Shown: positions 1-11,507, counted from the stretch's first letter. The stretch is DNA of 32,000 bases from Actinobacillus genomosp. 1 (GCF_029774175.1 NZ_CP103834.1:1780576-1812575), one strand, 5' to 3'. Notes: generated by a model from the sequence alone, not told the origin. Translations and numbers: made by a program.

Positions 1-681
1 TTACCGATTGTAAATCAACACTGGCAGCATTTCAGCCAAATGGTGGCTCGTTCTGCACAGCATTGTGCCGAACAACAAATGCTATTGGAAGAATTGCTCT
101 CTCAAGAATTACAATACTATGCGGATTTTTCGGAAAAGCGTTTAAATATCGAAGCGTTTCCACAATTTTCTTTGGCGAAACAACAACAATTGATCCGTTT
201 GTGGTTAGAAAAATGCGGCGCACAAATGCCAAGTACGGCACAACTGATGCAAGTAATTCAGCAAACAATTTATGCGGATGCCGATAAAAATCCCCAGCTT
301 AAATTAGCCGATTTTTGGATACGCCGTTATCAACATCATTTATATTTAACCGGCGACTTACTCGAAATAAACGATTTTTGTCAGCCGCTCTGCGTACAAC
401 AATCGTTAATGTTACCGGATGGAATCGGCAAGTTACAACATTTAGGCGACAGCATTATTTACCAAAAGTCAGACAAAATTGACCGCTTGTTATTGCCGGA
501 AGCGTTAGTGAATGCTCCTCTGCAAGTGAAATTAGCGCATCAAGGTAAAGTCAAACAGTATGGCAAGCCAATGCGAGAAGAAATGAAGAAACGCTACCAA
601 CAAGCGCAAGTTCCGGTTTGGCTACGGAAACGTACACCACTTATCTTTTTCGGCGATCAGTTAGTTTTTCTTTGCCATTAA
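1..681 (+). CDS. tilS: tRNA(Ile)-lysidine synthetase, C-terminal part (5' end outside window)
   Basis: Frame 1 is open from base 1, upstream of the listed ORF at 40. Stop TAA at 679-681. The C-terminal segment ...[21 protein letters not shown] resembles the TilS/MesJ C-terminal domain as I recall it from E. coli (...PPWLRD..PLLFYGE...). A hairpin follows directly. Confidence 0.75.
   Translation, partial: LPIVNQHWQHFSQMVARSAQHCAEQQMLLEELLSQELQYYADFSEKRLNIEAFPQFSLAKQQQLIRLWLEKCGAQMPSTAQLMQVIQQTIYADADKNPQLKLADFWIRRYQHHLYLTGDLLEINDFCQPLCVQQSLMLPDGIGKLQHLGDSIIYQKSDKIDRLLLPEALVNAPLQVKLAHQGKVKQYGKPMREEMKKRYQQAQVPVWLRKRTPLIFFGDQLVFLCH
482..490 (-). repeat. Uptake signal sequence core (ACAAGCGGT)
   Basis: Perfect 9-mer accgcttgt inside tilS. 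Confidence 0.8.
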
Positions 682-682
682 A

Positions 683-702
683 AAACCTGCTTTCGCAGGT
701 TT
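683..702. terminator. Hairpin between convergent tilS and the xerD unit; reads as a rho-independent terminator mainly for the minus strand
   Basis: aaacctgc-tttc-gcaggttt forms an 8-bp stem with a 4-nt loop. In minus-strand sense it is followed by a run of 6 T (gcaggttttttaat). In plus-strand sense the tail is weaker (tttatggg). Confidence 0.55.
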
Positions 703-707
703 ATGGG

Positions 708-998
708 TTATAAGGATTGGATAATATAGCCAAGTAAGGCATAAAACCCAATAAAAGAAAGTATCAACAAACCTCTAGCCAATGCTTTTTGCGATTGATG
801 CAGCTTATATAACAGCAATGCAATCACAAATAAGACAAGCGGATAAATCCAAAAAGCTATCGAAAACCAATTAACTTGTTCCGGGCTTAACGCTAAACTG
901 GAAAATTTGGGAGAAACCAGTAATGCAAGCGGCCATAATGCACAAGGTAAGCAAAGTAATGCTAATGCCCAATTAAATTTAGATGATGATTTTTGCAT
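708..998 (-). CDS. Small hypothetical membrane protein (96 aa, about 3 predicted TM helices)
   Basis: ATG at 998 lies 1 nt after the xerD stop (TAA 1002-1000), with GAGGA 4 nt upstream inside the xerD 3' end. There are three long hydrophobic stretches. The ORF ends just before the 683-702 terminator. I recognise no family. Confidence 0.55.
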   Translation of the reverse strand: MQKSSSKFNWALALLCLPCALWPLALLVSPKFSSLALSPEQVNWFSIAFWIYPLVLFVIALLLYKLHQSQKALARGLLILSFIGFYALLGYIIQSL

Positions 999-999
999 A

Positions 1000-1893
1000 T
1001 TATCCTCGTGGATGAAATTTTTGGTGTAATGATTTTAGACGTGCTTTAGCCACATGTGTATAAATTTGTGTGGTAGAGAGATCACTATGTCCCAACAACA
1101 TTTGCACGACTCTTAAATCTGCACCGTGATTAACCAAATGTGTTGCGAAAGCATGACGCAATACGTGTGGAGACAGTTTCTCACTATCAATACCTGCTAA
1201 AACGGCATAATGTTTTATTCTATGCCAAAATGTTTGGCGTGTCATTTGCTGCCCACGGCGGCTTGGAAATACAACATCTGATTGTGTATTGTTCAATAAC
1301 ATTGCACGTCCATGCTGAAAAAACTCTTGAATCCAATAACTTGCTTCTTCACCAATTGGCACTAACCTCTCTTTATCCCCCTTACCCACAACACGTACGA
1401 CACCTTGACGTAAACTCAGATTATCTATATTGAGTGACACCAGTTCGCTAACGCGTAACCCGGTTGCATAAAGTAACTCTAACATCGCTTTATCACGTAA
1501 TTCGACCGGATCCAACGTATTCGGGCAATCAAGTAAATCCATCACTTGTTCTTCACTTAACGATTTCGGTAAATGAGCCGGCTTACGCGGAGAAGTTAAA
1601 GTGAGAGTAGGATCGTCTTGACGATAATTTTCCGTATATAAAAAACGGAAAAATTTACGCAAACAACTGAGCATTCTAGCTGAACTAGTTGCCTTATAGC
1701 CCAGTTCCAATCTTTCTCCCAAGAATGCTTGCAAGTCAAAATGATCTAAAGTAAGAAATGCTTTAGGCGTAGGTAACCATTCGGAGAAGGATTCCAAGTC
1801 TAAACGGTATGCAGCCGACGTATTTTCAGATAATCCGTGTTCTTGCCATAACGTATCTAAAAACTGTTCGATAATAGGATCTAAATTTTTCAT
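1000..1893 (-). CDS. xerD: Site-specific tyrosine recombinase XerD
   Basis: 297 aa, collinear with E. coli XerD (298 aa). Long near-identical blocks include GYKATSSAR, LRDKAMLELLYATGLRVSELV, QMTRQTFWHRIKHYAVLAGIDSEKLSPHVLRHAFATHL.NHGADLRVVQMLLGHSDLSTTQIYTHVA (catalytic R..HxxR..Y). Confidence 0.93.
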   Translation of the reverse strand: MKNLDPIIEQFLDTLWQEHGLSENTSAAYRLDLESFSEWLPTPKAFLTLDHFDLQAFLGERLELGYKATSSARMLSCLRKFFRFLYTENYRQDDPTLTLTSPRKPAHLPKSLSEEQVMDLLDCPNTLDPVELRDKAMLELLYATGLRVSELVSLNIDNLSLRQGVVRVVGKGDKERLVPIGEEASYWIQEFFQHGRAMLLNNTQSDVVFPSRRGQQMTRQTFWHRIKHYAVLAGIDSEKLSPHVLRHAFATHLVNHGADLRVVQMLLGHSDLSTTQIYTHVAKARLKSLHQKFHPRG

Positions 1894-1965
1894 GAAGCTA
1901 CTTTTATTCCTAGATATTCTATTATTCTAACAGAATAACTTCACTTTAGAGAAAAGTACAAATAT

Positions 1966-1998
1966 GCAAAAAGCCGACTAGCGTAAACTAATCGGCTT
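1966..1998 (-). terminator. Rho-independent terminator of the rrn/tRNA operon
   Basis: In minus-strand sense, immediately after tRNA-Trp: aagccgattagtttacgctagtcggctt followed by tttttg. Stem aagccga/tcggctt plus inner cta/tag pairs. Confidence 0.6.
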
Positions 1999-2006
1999 CT
2001 TAAATA

Positions 2007-2082
2007 TGGCAGGGGCGGAGAGGCTCGAACTCCCAACACCCGGTTTTGGAGACCGGTGCTCTACCAATTGAACTACGCCCCT
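2007..2082 (-). tRNA. trpT: tRNA-Trp (anticodon CCA)
   Basis: The reverse complement AGGGGCGTAGTTCAATTGGTAGAGCACCGGTCTCCAAAACCGGGTGTTGGGAGTTCGAGCCTCTCCGCCCCTGCCA folds as a cloverleaf. Anticodon loop CTCCAAA. Encoded CCA end. Confidence 0.93.
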
Positions 2083-2101
2083 ATTGGTATCATATATAGA
2101 T

Positions 2102-2123
2102 AAAGCGAGTAATAACTCGCTTT
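2102..2123 (-). other. Stem-loop between tRNA-Asp and tRNA-Trp (processing site or partial terminator)
   Basis: aaagcgagt-aata-actcgcttt forms a perfect 9-bp stem with a 4-nt loop. There is no long U tail beyond the stem. Confidence 0.35.
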
Positions 2124-2131
2124 CAGATAAG

Positions 2132-2208
2132 TGGCGGAACGGACGGGACTCGAACCCGCGACCCCCTGCGTGACAGGCAGGTATTCTAACCAGCTGAACT
2201 ACCGCTCC
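2132..2208 (-). tRNA. aspT: tRNA-Asp (anticodon GTC)
   Basis: Reverse complement GGAGCGGTAGTTCAGCTGGTTAGAATACCTGCCTGTCACGCAGGGGGTCGCGGGTTCGAGTCCCGTCCGTTCCGCCA. Anticodon loop CTGTCAC. Close to E. coli tRNA-Asp. Confidence 0.93.
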
Positions 2209-2220
2209 GCAAATTTAGTA

Positions 2221-2337
2221 GATTAACAGTGCCCTACTCTCACATGGGGAAACCCCACACTACCATCGGCGTTACCGCATTTTACTTCTGAGTTCGGAAT
2301 GGATTCAGGTAGAGCCACGGCACTATGACTGTTAATC
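2221..2337 (-). rRNA. rrf: 5S rRNA, distal divergent copy
   Basis: RNA sense gattaacagtcatagtgccgtggctctacctgaatccattccgaactcagaagtaaaatgcggtaacgccgatggtagtgtggggtttccccatgtgagagtagggcactgttaatc. It contains the conserved 5S loop sequences (ccgaactcagaagt, gatggtagtgtgggg) and a self-complementary terminal helix (gattaacagt/actgttaatc). Confidence 0.75.
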
Positions 2338-2393
2338 AAATTCTGTGCTTATTAACTTAACTCACTTAGTTAAAATAAGCTAAGGTAATAAGA

Positions 2394-2508
2394 CCCGACG
2401 ATGCTCTACTCTCACATGGGGAAACCCCACACTACCATCGACGTAACGGCTTTTCACTTCTGAGTTCGGAATGGATTCAGGTGGGACAACCGCACTATTG
2501 TCGTCGGG
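2394..2508 (-). rRNA. rrf: 5S rRNA, 23S-proximal copy
   Basis: RNA sense cccgacgacaatagtgcggttgtcccacctgaatccattccgaactcagaagtgaaaagccgttacgtcgatggtagtgtggggtttccccatgtgagagtagagcatcgtcggg. Terminal helix cccgacga/tcgtcggg. Strong similarity to E. coli 5S. Confidence 0.88.
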
Positions 2509-2615
2509 AAATTCGGTTTAAATTCGAAACAAGCTGTTCACTGATTTTCTAGTCTTTAGTCTTTCGTTCTTTGTTTAGTTTCTTAACTTCACGCCCAAAA
2601 ACACTTGAGCGTTGT

Positions 2616-5514
<2,899 letters not shown>

Positions 5515-5698
5515 ATACAACCTCAAATGTTCTTGTTCTTTCAAACTTTTACATTTAACGTGTTGATTAATTCAACTAAACACTTGACTGCTTTTGTTCA
5601 GTCAAGATTTTTTTACTACTCAGACTTTCAATCTATTCGTTAGCACTTTCGCTTTAACGAACTTGAAAAATCTCTCAGTTTTTCAGCTTGTTTCCAAT

Positions 5699-5711
5699 TT
5701 TTTAAAGAACA
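5699..5711 (-). promoter_or_regulatory. Spacer boxA-like antitermination element
   Basis: In minus-strand sense tgttctttaaaaa matches E. coli rrn boxA tgctctttaacaa at 11 of 13 positions. It sits between tRNA-Glu and 23S, as the spacer boxA does in E. coli. Confidence 0.5.
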
Positions 5712-5738
5712 ATTCAGACAACAAAAGTCATCTTTAAA

Positions 5739-5814
5739 TGGCGTCCCCACGGGGATTCGAACCCCGGTTACCGCCGTGAAAGGGCGATGTCCTAGGCCTC
5801 TAGACGATGGGGAC
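5739..5814 (-). tRNA. gltU: tRNA-Glu (anticodon TTC) in the 16S-23S spacer
   Basis: Reverse complement GTCCCCATCGTCTAGAGGCCTAGGACATCGCCCTTTCACGGCGGTAACCGGGGTTCGAATCCCCGTGGGGACGCCA. Anticodon loop CTTTCAC. Confidence 0.93.
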
Positions 5815-5924
5815 AACATTTAAAGATGCTCTCCACTTTGCCATTTGAGCGCAATATTTTACGTTAAATACCGTTATCTTTCAATAACTTTTCATCTCAT
5901 CTAACCTAAACGCTCATTCATTCA

Positions 5925-5945
5925 TCAAACAATCTGTGTGAGCAC
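5925..5945 (-). other. 16S 3'-flank strand of the 16S processing (RNase III) stem
   Basis: RNA sense gtgctcacacagattgtttga pairs over 21 nt (19 Watson-Crick and 2 G-U) with the leader segment tcagacaatctgtgtgggcac at 7677-7657. Confidence 0.7.
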
Positions 5946-5966
5946 TCGCTGTCGCTTAATTCTTGG

Positions 5967-7506
<1,540 letters not shown>

Positions 7507-7656
7507 AAAAAGTTTAATCGCTCAATATACTGCTTAGCTAAGTTCACTTCCCTTACCTAACCAAGTTAAGTAAAAAGAAAAATATGAATTTCTAGTTTAA
7601 GCACCTATTAAGACTTCAAGTTTTAAATAATTTTTTAAAATCAAGTCAATCAACAA

Positions 7657-7694
7657 GTGCCCACACAGATTGTCTGATATATTGTTAAAGAACG
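7657..7694 (-). promoter_or_regulatory. rrn leader: boxA antitermination element (7694-7682) plus boxC-like / RNase III stem strand (7677-7657)
   Basis: In minus-strand sense cgttctttaacaa matches E. coli boxA tgctctttaacaa at 11 of 13 positions. It is followed by tcagacaatctgtgtgggcac, which is complementary to the 16S 3' flank. Confidence 0.65.
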
Positions 7695-7704
7695 AAAAAT
7701 AAAG

Positions 7705-7781
7705 TGGTCGGCGAGATAGGATTTGAACCTACGACCCACTGGTCCCAAACCAGTTGCGCTACCAAGCTGCGCTACTCGCCG
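7705..7781 (-). tRNA. proM: tRNA-Pro (anticodon TGG)
   Basis: Reverse complement CGGCGAGTAGCGCAGCTTGGTAGCGCAACTGGTTTGGGACCAGTGGGTCGTAGGTTCAAATCCTATCTCGCCGACCA. Nearly identical to E. coli proM. Confidence 0.93.
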
Positions 7782-7809
7782 TCAGTTACTCATAAGAGTA
7801 TATTTTAAA

Positions 7810-7886
7810 TGGGGTGGCTAATGAGACTCGAACTCACGACAACCGGAATCACAATCCGGGGCTCTACCAACTGAGCTATAGCCACC
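7810..7886 (-). tRNA. hisR: tRNA-His (anticodon GTG, with the extra 5' G-1)
   Basis: Reverse complement GGTGGCTATAGCTCAGTTGGTAGAGCCCCGGATTGTGATTCCGGTTGTCGTGAGTTCGAGTCTCATTAGCCACCCCA. Close to E. coli hisR. Confidence 0.93.
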
Positions 7887-7914
7887 ATTGCCGATTGAAT
7901 ATTGCTTTGACCAC

Positions 7915-7991
<77 letters not shown>

Positions 7992-8035
7992 TTATGATTT
8001 TCATCATCTTGTTTAGTGCGTCGCAACGGAGGCGT

Positions 8036-8064
8036 ATATTATAGATTTTCCTTTTTGTTGTCTA
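8036..8064 (-). promoter_or_regulatory. Candidate promoter for the tRNA-Arg/His/Pro (and probably rrn) transcript
   Basis: In minus-strand sense: TAGACA (8064-8059), 17 nt, TAATAT (8041-8036), overlapping a perfect TATAAT (8043-8038, which would give a 15-nt spacer). It is followed by a GC-rich discriminator (acgcctccg) and preceded by long A/T tracts (8070-8130) like an UP element. Confidence 0.35.
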
Positions 8065-8150
8065 GCACTTTTTGCAAAAAAGTTTAAAAAAATCATTTGT
8101 TTGTTTTTAATTTATTCAAAATGAATATTAATTGTCATAATCGGTGCTTT

Positions 8151-8876
8151 TTAGAGCTGTTTTGTGCAGTAGTAATAGAGAAAACGTAATAAATTAATTT
8201 GTCGCCGGCAACGAGTCGGTTGGCTGAATAGACGATATAACCATTCTAAGCCGAGGTCTTGCCAACTTTTCGGTGCTCGTTTTACTTTTCCGACAAATAC
8301 ATCATAAGTGCCGCCTACTCCCATATATAAGCAGTCGGGATATTCTCGTTCGACATCCGCAATAAACATTTCTTGTTTCGGCGACCCCATCGCAACCGTT
8401 ACAAACTTTGCTCCGCTTTGTTTTATGCGTTTAATAATAAGCGGTTGCTGGCTTTCATCAAAATAACCGTCTTGCGAGCCTACGATATTTACTTGCCAAG
8501 CGGTTAATTTCTGTTGAACTTTTGCAAGCGTATCTGCTGTGCTTCCAATTAAAAATACCGGAATACCTAATTCGCCTGCTTTTTGCATTAACTCTTCCCA
8601 TAAATCCGCACCGGCAATCCGTTCCATTTGTTTAATATGCGGATATTTACGTTTGACCGAACGAACGATACTAATACCGTCCGCATAGTTATATTCCGCA
8701 TGAGTGAGCAGTTGCCTAATTTCAGGATCCTTCTCACTCATCACCAACTTTTCGGCATTCATTGCAATTAATTTGCCTGTTTTAAGTTGTCCTTTACTCA
8801 TTAAAAAATCGACAAATTCGGTTTGATTCCTTGCAAGAAGAATATTAATCCCTCGAATTTCAGCCATTGCTATCAT
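8151..8876 (-). CDS. wecG: UDP-ManNAcA:lipid I transferase (ECA biosynthesis, WecB/TagA/CpsF glycosyltransferase family)
   Basis: 241 aa, collinear with E. coli WecG/RffM. Shared blocks include YADGIS.VRSV..KYP, GADLWEELM, NIVGSQDGYF, VTVAMGSPKQE.F, LYMGVGGTYDVF.G.VKRAP..WQ.LGLEWLYRL.SQP.R. The ATG at 8876 has AAGG upstream and overlaps the wzyE stop. An alternative ATG is at 8867. Confidence 0.92.
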   Translation of the reverse strand: MIAMAEIRGINILLARNQTEFVDFLMSKGQLKTGKLIAMNAEKLVMSEKDPEIRQLLTHAEYNYADGISIVRSVKRKYPHIKQMERIAGADLWEELMQKAGELGIPVFLIGSTADTLAKVQQKLTAWQVNIVGSQDGYFDESQQPLIIKRIKQSGAKFVTVAMGSPKQEMFIADVEREYPDCLYMGVGGTYDVFVGKVKRAPKSWQDLGLEWLYRLFSQPTRCRRQINLLRFLYYYCTKQL

Positions 8877-10194
8877 TTTTATCTACCTTTGTTCTTGATA
8901 ATCCAGCTTCAAAGCTAAGCGTAATTAATTTTGCCACGCACCAACATAATAAGAAAACGATACTAAAAAATACCCAGCGAGAAATAAATGCGTCCAGACC
9001 TTCTCGTACTAACACAACAAAGTTAAACAAATTCGCCAGGCAATACGCTTGAATAATAGCGGAATAACTTTTGTCCTGATGATATGTTGCATAACTAAAT
9101 AAACGATCGAAACTTTGAATAATCCAGCCGACCAATGCCATACCGAGAGTTATCATCGGTAATCCGCCCATAATATAGAAAGAACCGAGTAGCGTCGGTG
9201 AAATCGCTAACCCCGAGAAATTGCCTAACATCTCCCGTGTGAAATAATTTGCCGTATTGACGATATAAATCGGTTTTGCCTGCCACAACCAATCCGGAAT
9301 ATAGACATAGAAATCTCGAACAATCGGCATTAGTCCTTGAGATTCAACCGGATAACTTAATATCTTGGCTAAATTCTCCCATGGAGAAAACGTATCTCGT
9401 GTAAGATATAAAAAAGTAAACAGTGCCTCTGATCCGTTTACCTTTAACCCGTAGCGAACTAAAGCTAATAAAAACATTGCGCCAATCATAACGCAACCGG
9501 CAACAACCAAAGCTTTAAACGACACATAATTTTTATAAAGCCCTAACAGGAAAAATAATAGTGCCACCATCGCTAAGTTAGCGCGAGTCCCGCCTACTGC
9601 AATATAATTTAAGCCGCCAAGCACAATGCCCAGTATAAGGAAAAACCACCAGACTCTTTTATTTTGATCTAGGAAAAATAAAATTAAGAGTGCCGGCAAG
9701 AAAAAATAGAAGAAACGCTTCAGCCAGACGTTTTGAATCGATGCCGAGAATATTTGGCTGTATTTTTCCAATTCAAACAATAGCCAGCCGTTAAGGGATA
9801 CAAACCAAACTAAACTACCGATAGCCACACATAATAAGAAGCAAGCGGTTAAATTTGCTGATAATTTTGCAAAATTTTGTCGATTTTGCACCGCTTGTTG
9901 TTTTTGACGGCGTATTGTTCCGGCAAAAAAGCGATAACTTATCCAATAAATCAAATAACCCGCCAGCATAGCAAACAGGGTGATAAAAAGTATGTCTGGC
10001 TCAACTAACGGGCTGTCAAAGCCCAACGCCATTGCCATCGAAAACGGAAAGCCCAGATAAAAAATGACTAAATAAATTAAACTAAACAATAAATGAAATG
10101 AAAACGCTTGCTTTTGGTAGTCGCTATAAATGTAAATCGCTATCAGCCATACCGAGAGCAAATAGAAGCCGGTTAATAAAGTATATTCAATCAT
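8860..10194 (-). CDS. wzyE: ECA polysaccharide polymerase (polytopic membrane protein)
   Basis: 444 aa and highly hydrophobic with many TM segments, similar in size to E. coli WzyE (about 450 aa). It lies between wecF and wecG as in E. coli. Its start overlaps the wecF stop by 8 nt. Confidence 0.85.
   Translation of the reverse strand: MIEYTLLTGFYLLSVWLIAIYIYSDYQKQAFSFHLLFSLIYLVIFYLGFPFSMAMALGFDSPLVEPDILFITLFAMLAGYLIYWISYRFFAGTIRRQKQQAVQNRQNFAKLSANLTACFLLCVAIGSLVWFVSLNGWLLFELEKYSQIFSASIQNVWLKRFFYFFLPALLILFFLDQNKRVWWFFLILGIVLGGLNYIAVGGTRANLAMVALLFFLLGLYKNYVSFKALVVAGCVMIGAMFLLALVRYGLKVNGSEALFTFLYLTRDTFSPWENLAKILSYPVESQGLMPIVRDFYVYIPDWLWQAKPIYIVNTANYFTREMLGNFSGLAISPTLLGSFYIMGGLPMITLGMALVGWIIQSFDRLFSYATYHQDKSYSAIIQAYCLANLFNFVVLVREGLDAFISRWVFFSIVFLLCWCVAKLITLSFEAGLSRTKVDKNDSNG
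9890..9898 (-). repeat. Uptake signal sequence core (ACAAGCGGT, Apl-type)
   Basis: Perfect 9-mer accgcttgt inside wzyE. An 8/9 copy in the opposite orientation sits at 9841-9849. Confidence 0.8.
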
Positions 10195-11263
10195 TACTGA
10201 GTTCCGTTAATAATGTCAGCCATTGTTCATTATACTGAGGAGCAAAAAAGCGTATATTGCGTTTATCGCAATCTTGTAGCTGTTGCTTTACTTGCCGCAC
10301 CTTCGCTATCGTTAATTCATCGCTATACAAAAACGGTACGTTTTCCTTTTGCATATCGATACAAAACGGATTTTCTTTAGTTAGTACCAACGGAACATTT
10401 AGTTGAATCAGTAGGCAAATCGTACCGATAGCTTGCTGCCGTTTGAAATAAAAATAGCCTGCATCACACTGCGCCAATAATTGTTGATACCGGATAAAAT
10501 CCAGTTTTTCCGTCAGTACCTCAACGGTATTTTTAGGGAACAATGCGACCGCTTGTTGTTGAACTTGCTTAATATAGCTTTGATTATTTTCCGGATAACC
10601 CATCGGGATAATAATACGCAGATTTTCAGCAAGTCTTTGTTTCAGCTGGGTTAGTGCCGCTAAATGACGATTAGACGTATCTCCGGAATTGCCGAGCAAA
10701 ATAGTAAACGGCTTATCTTTAGCCGGATCTTGCACAAGCATTTCTTGTTGCGGAGCCATTTTAGTCGGGAAATAAAGGACTCGATCTTGAACATTCTCTC
10801 GTTTTAAGTGTTGTTTAGCAAACGCAAGATCGCCGTGCGTTGCCCATAAAACCGGTAACTTTTGCTGCGCTAGACGGCGTAAACGATAAAATAATTTATA
10901 TTTCCAGCCGCTTGCTTCTTCATATAAATCCGCCCCCCAAATATGCCATACGCAACGACAAGCGGGTAACTTTCCAAACAAAATCGCAAGCCATAACCAA
11001 ATATTATACTGACCGTGCAAGACAAATTTTGCCGTTTTTGTTTGCTTGGCGGTTTTTACCACCGCCTTCGCAATCGCTTGACGAGAACGGAAAAGCTGCA
11101 AATTAAGTTGCGGATATTGCGAAGATAAGTCTGCTTGCCCGACAACATAAAAATAGTGCTGTTGTCCGGCTAATTTGGGCAATAGTTGATCACGAAAAAA
11201 ATCCAATACCGTTTGGTTATGATGCGGAATATCCGAACCTAGAATATGATAAATAGGGTGCAT
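10187..11263 (-). CDS. wecF: TDP-Fuc4NAc:lipid II Fuc4NAc transferase (ECA)
   Basis: 358 aa (E. coli WecF/RffT is about 359 aa). The N-terminus HILGSDIPHHNQTVLDFF matches E. coli HVLGSDIPHHNRTVLRFF. Confidence 0.9.
   Translation of the reverse strand: MHPIYHILGSDIPHHNQTVLDFFRDQLLPKLAGQQHYFYVVGQADLSSQYPQLNLQLFRSRQAIAKAVVKTAKQTKTAKFVLHGQYNIWLWLAILFGKLPACRCVWHIWGADLYEEASGWKYKLFYRLRRLAQQKLPVLWATHGDLAFAKQHLKRENVQDRVLYFPTKMAPQQEMLVQDPAKDKPFTILLGNSGDTSNRHLAALTQLKQRLAENLRIIIPMGYPENNQSYIKQVQQQAVALFPKNTVEVLTEKLDFIRYQQLLAQCDAGYFYFKRQQAIGTICLLIQLNVPLVLTKENPFCIDMQKENVPFLYSDELTIAKVRQVKQQLQDCDKRNIRFFAPQYNEQWLTLLTELSND
10548..10556 (-). repeat. Uptake signal sequence core (ACAAGCGGT)
   Basis: Perfect 9-mer accgcttgt inside wecF. 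Confidence 0.8.
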
Positions 11264-11294
11264 GATCTCTTTTAAAGTTTGTTTAACTTACTTC

Positions 11295-11300
11295 ATTATA
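11295..11300 (-). promoter_or_regulatory. Candidate -10 hexamer for a wecF-wzyE-wecG promoter
   Basis: Perfect TATAAT in minus-strand sense, 32-37 nt upstream of the wecF ATG. The best -35-like hexamer (TTGACC, overlapping the USS at 11316) is 21 nt away, so the -35 is poor. Confidence 0.3.
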
Positions 11301-11315
11301 AGCGGGAAACATCAA

Positions 11316-11324
11316 ACAAGCGGT
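11316..11324 (+). repeat. Uptake signal sequence core (ACAAGCGGT)
   Basis: Perfect 9-mer in the wecF/hcp intergenic region. gcggt-caaaa-accgc can form a mini-hairpin. Confidence 0.8.
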
Positions 11325-11490
11325 CAAAAACCGCCAAAATCTTACCAATAAAATTAACAATAATTCTCACTAAAATCCACTCATACCCTATTCTAAGTAG
11401 AGAACTACGACTAGATCAAATTTCTTGCATTTTTCAAAATTTTCTTCTTTTTATCCATTTTTGTTCTCGCTATGATTTAGCACATTAATT

Positions 11491-11507
11491 CCTACTATTT
11501 TAGTAGG
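11491..11507 (+). promoter_or_regulatory. Perfect palindrome in the hcp upstream/leader region
   Basis: cctacta-ttt-tagtagg (7+3+7) lies 35-51 nt upstream of the hcp ATG and is followed by a T-rich tract (ttattcatttttttt). Confidence 0.3.

Noticed and set aside
1000-2208. Tyrosine recombinase next to tRNA genes as a possible genomic-island or integrase signature; also looked for a dif-like site nearby
   Set aside because: The protein is an unambiguous full-length XerD housekeeping orthologue, not a phage-type integrase. The tRNAs are the distal genes of the rrn operon. There are no direct repeats of a tRNA 3' end and no cargo genes. The palindrome at 1922-1938 does not resemble the dif core (cataa-N6-ttatg).
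11448-11462. Exact 15-mer tttttatccattttt shared between the hcp upstream region (11448-11462) and the murJ/rpsT intergenic region (26264-26278)
   Set aside because: The sequence is low-complexity T-rich. One such match is roughly what chance predicts in 32 kb of AT-rich intergenic DNA. The flanks do not align.
11279-11488. 69-aa plus-strand ORF in the wecF/hcp intergenic region
   Set aside because: It starts at a TTG with no SD. It is lysine/isoleucine/leucine-rich, as expected from AT-rich non-coding DNA, and it covers the USS and the likely promoters.
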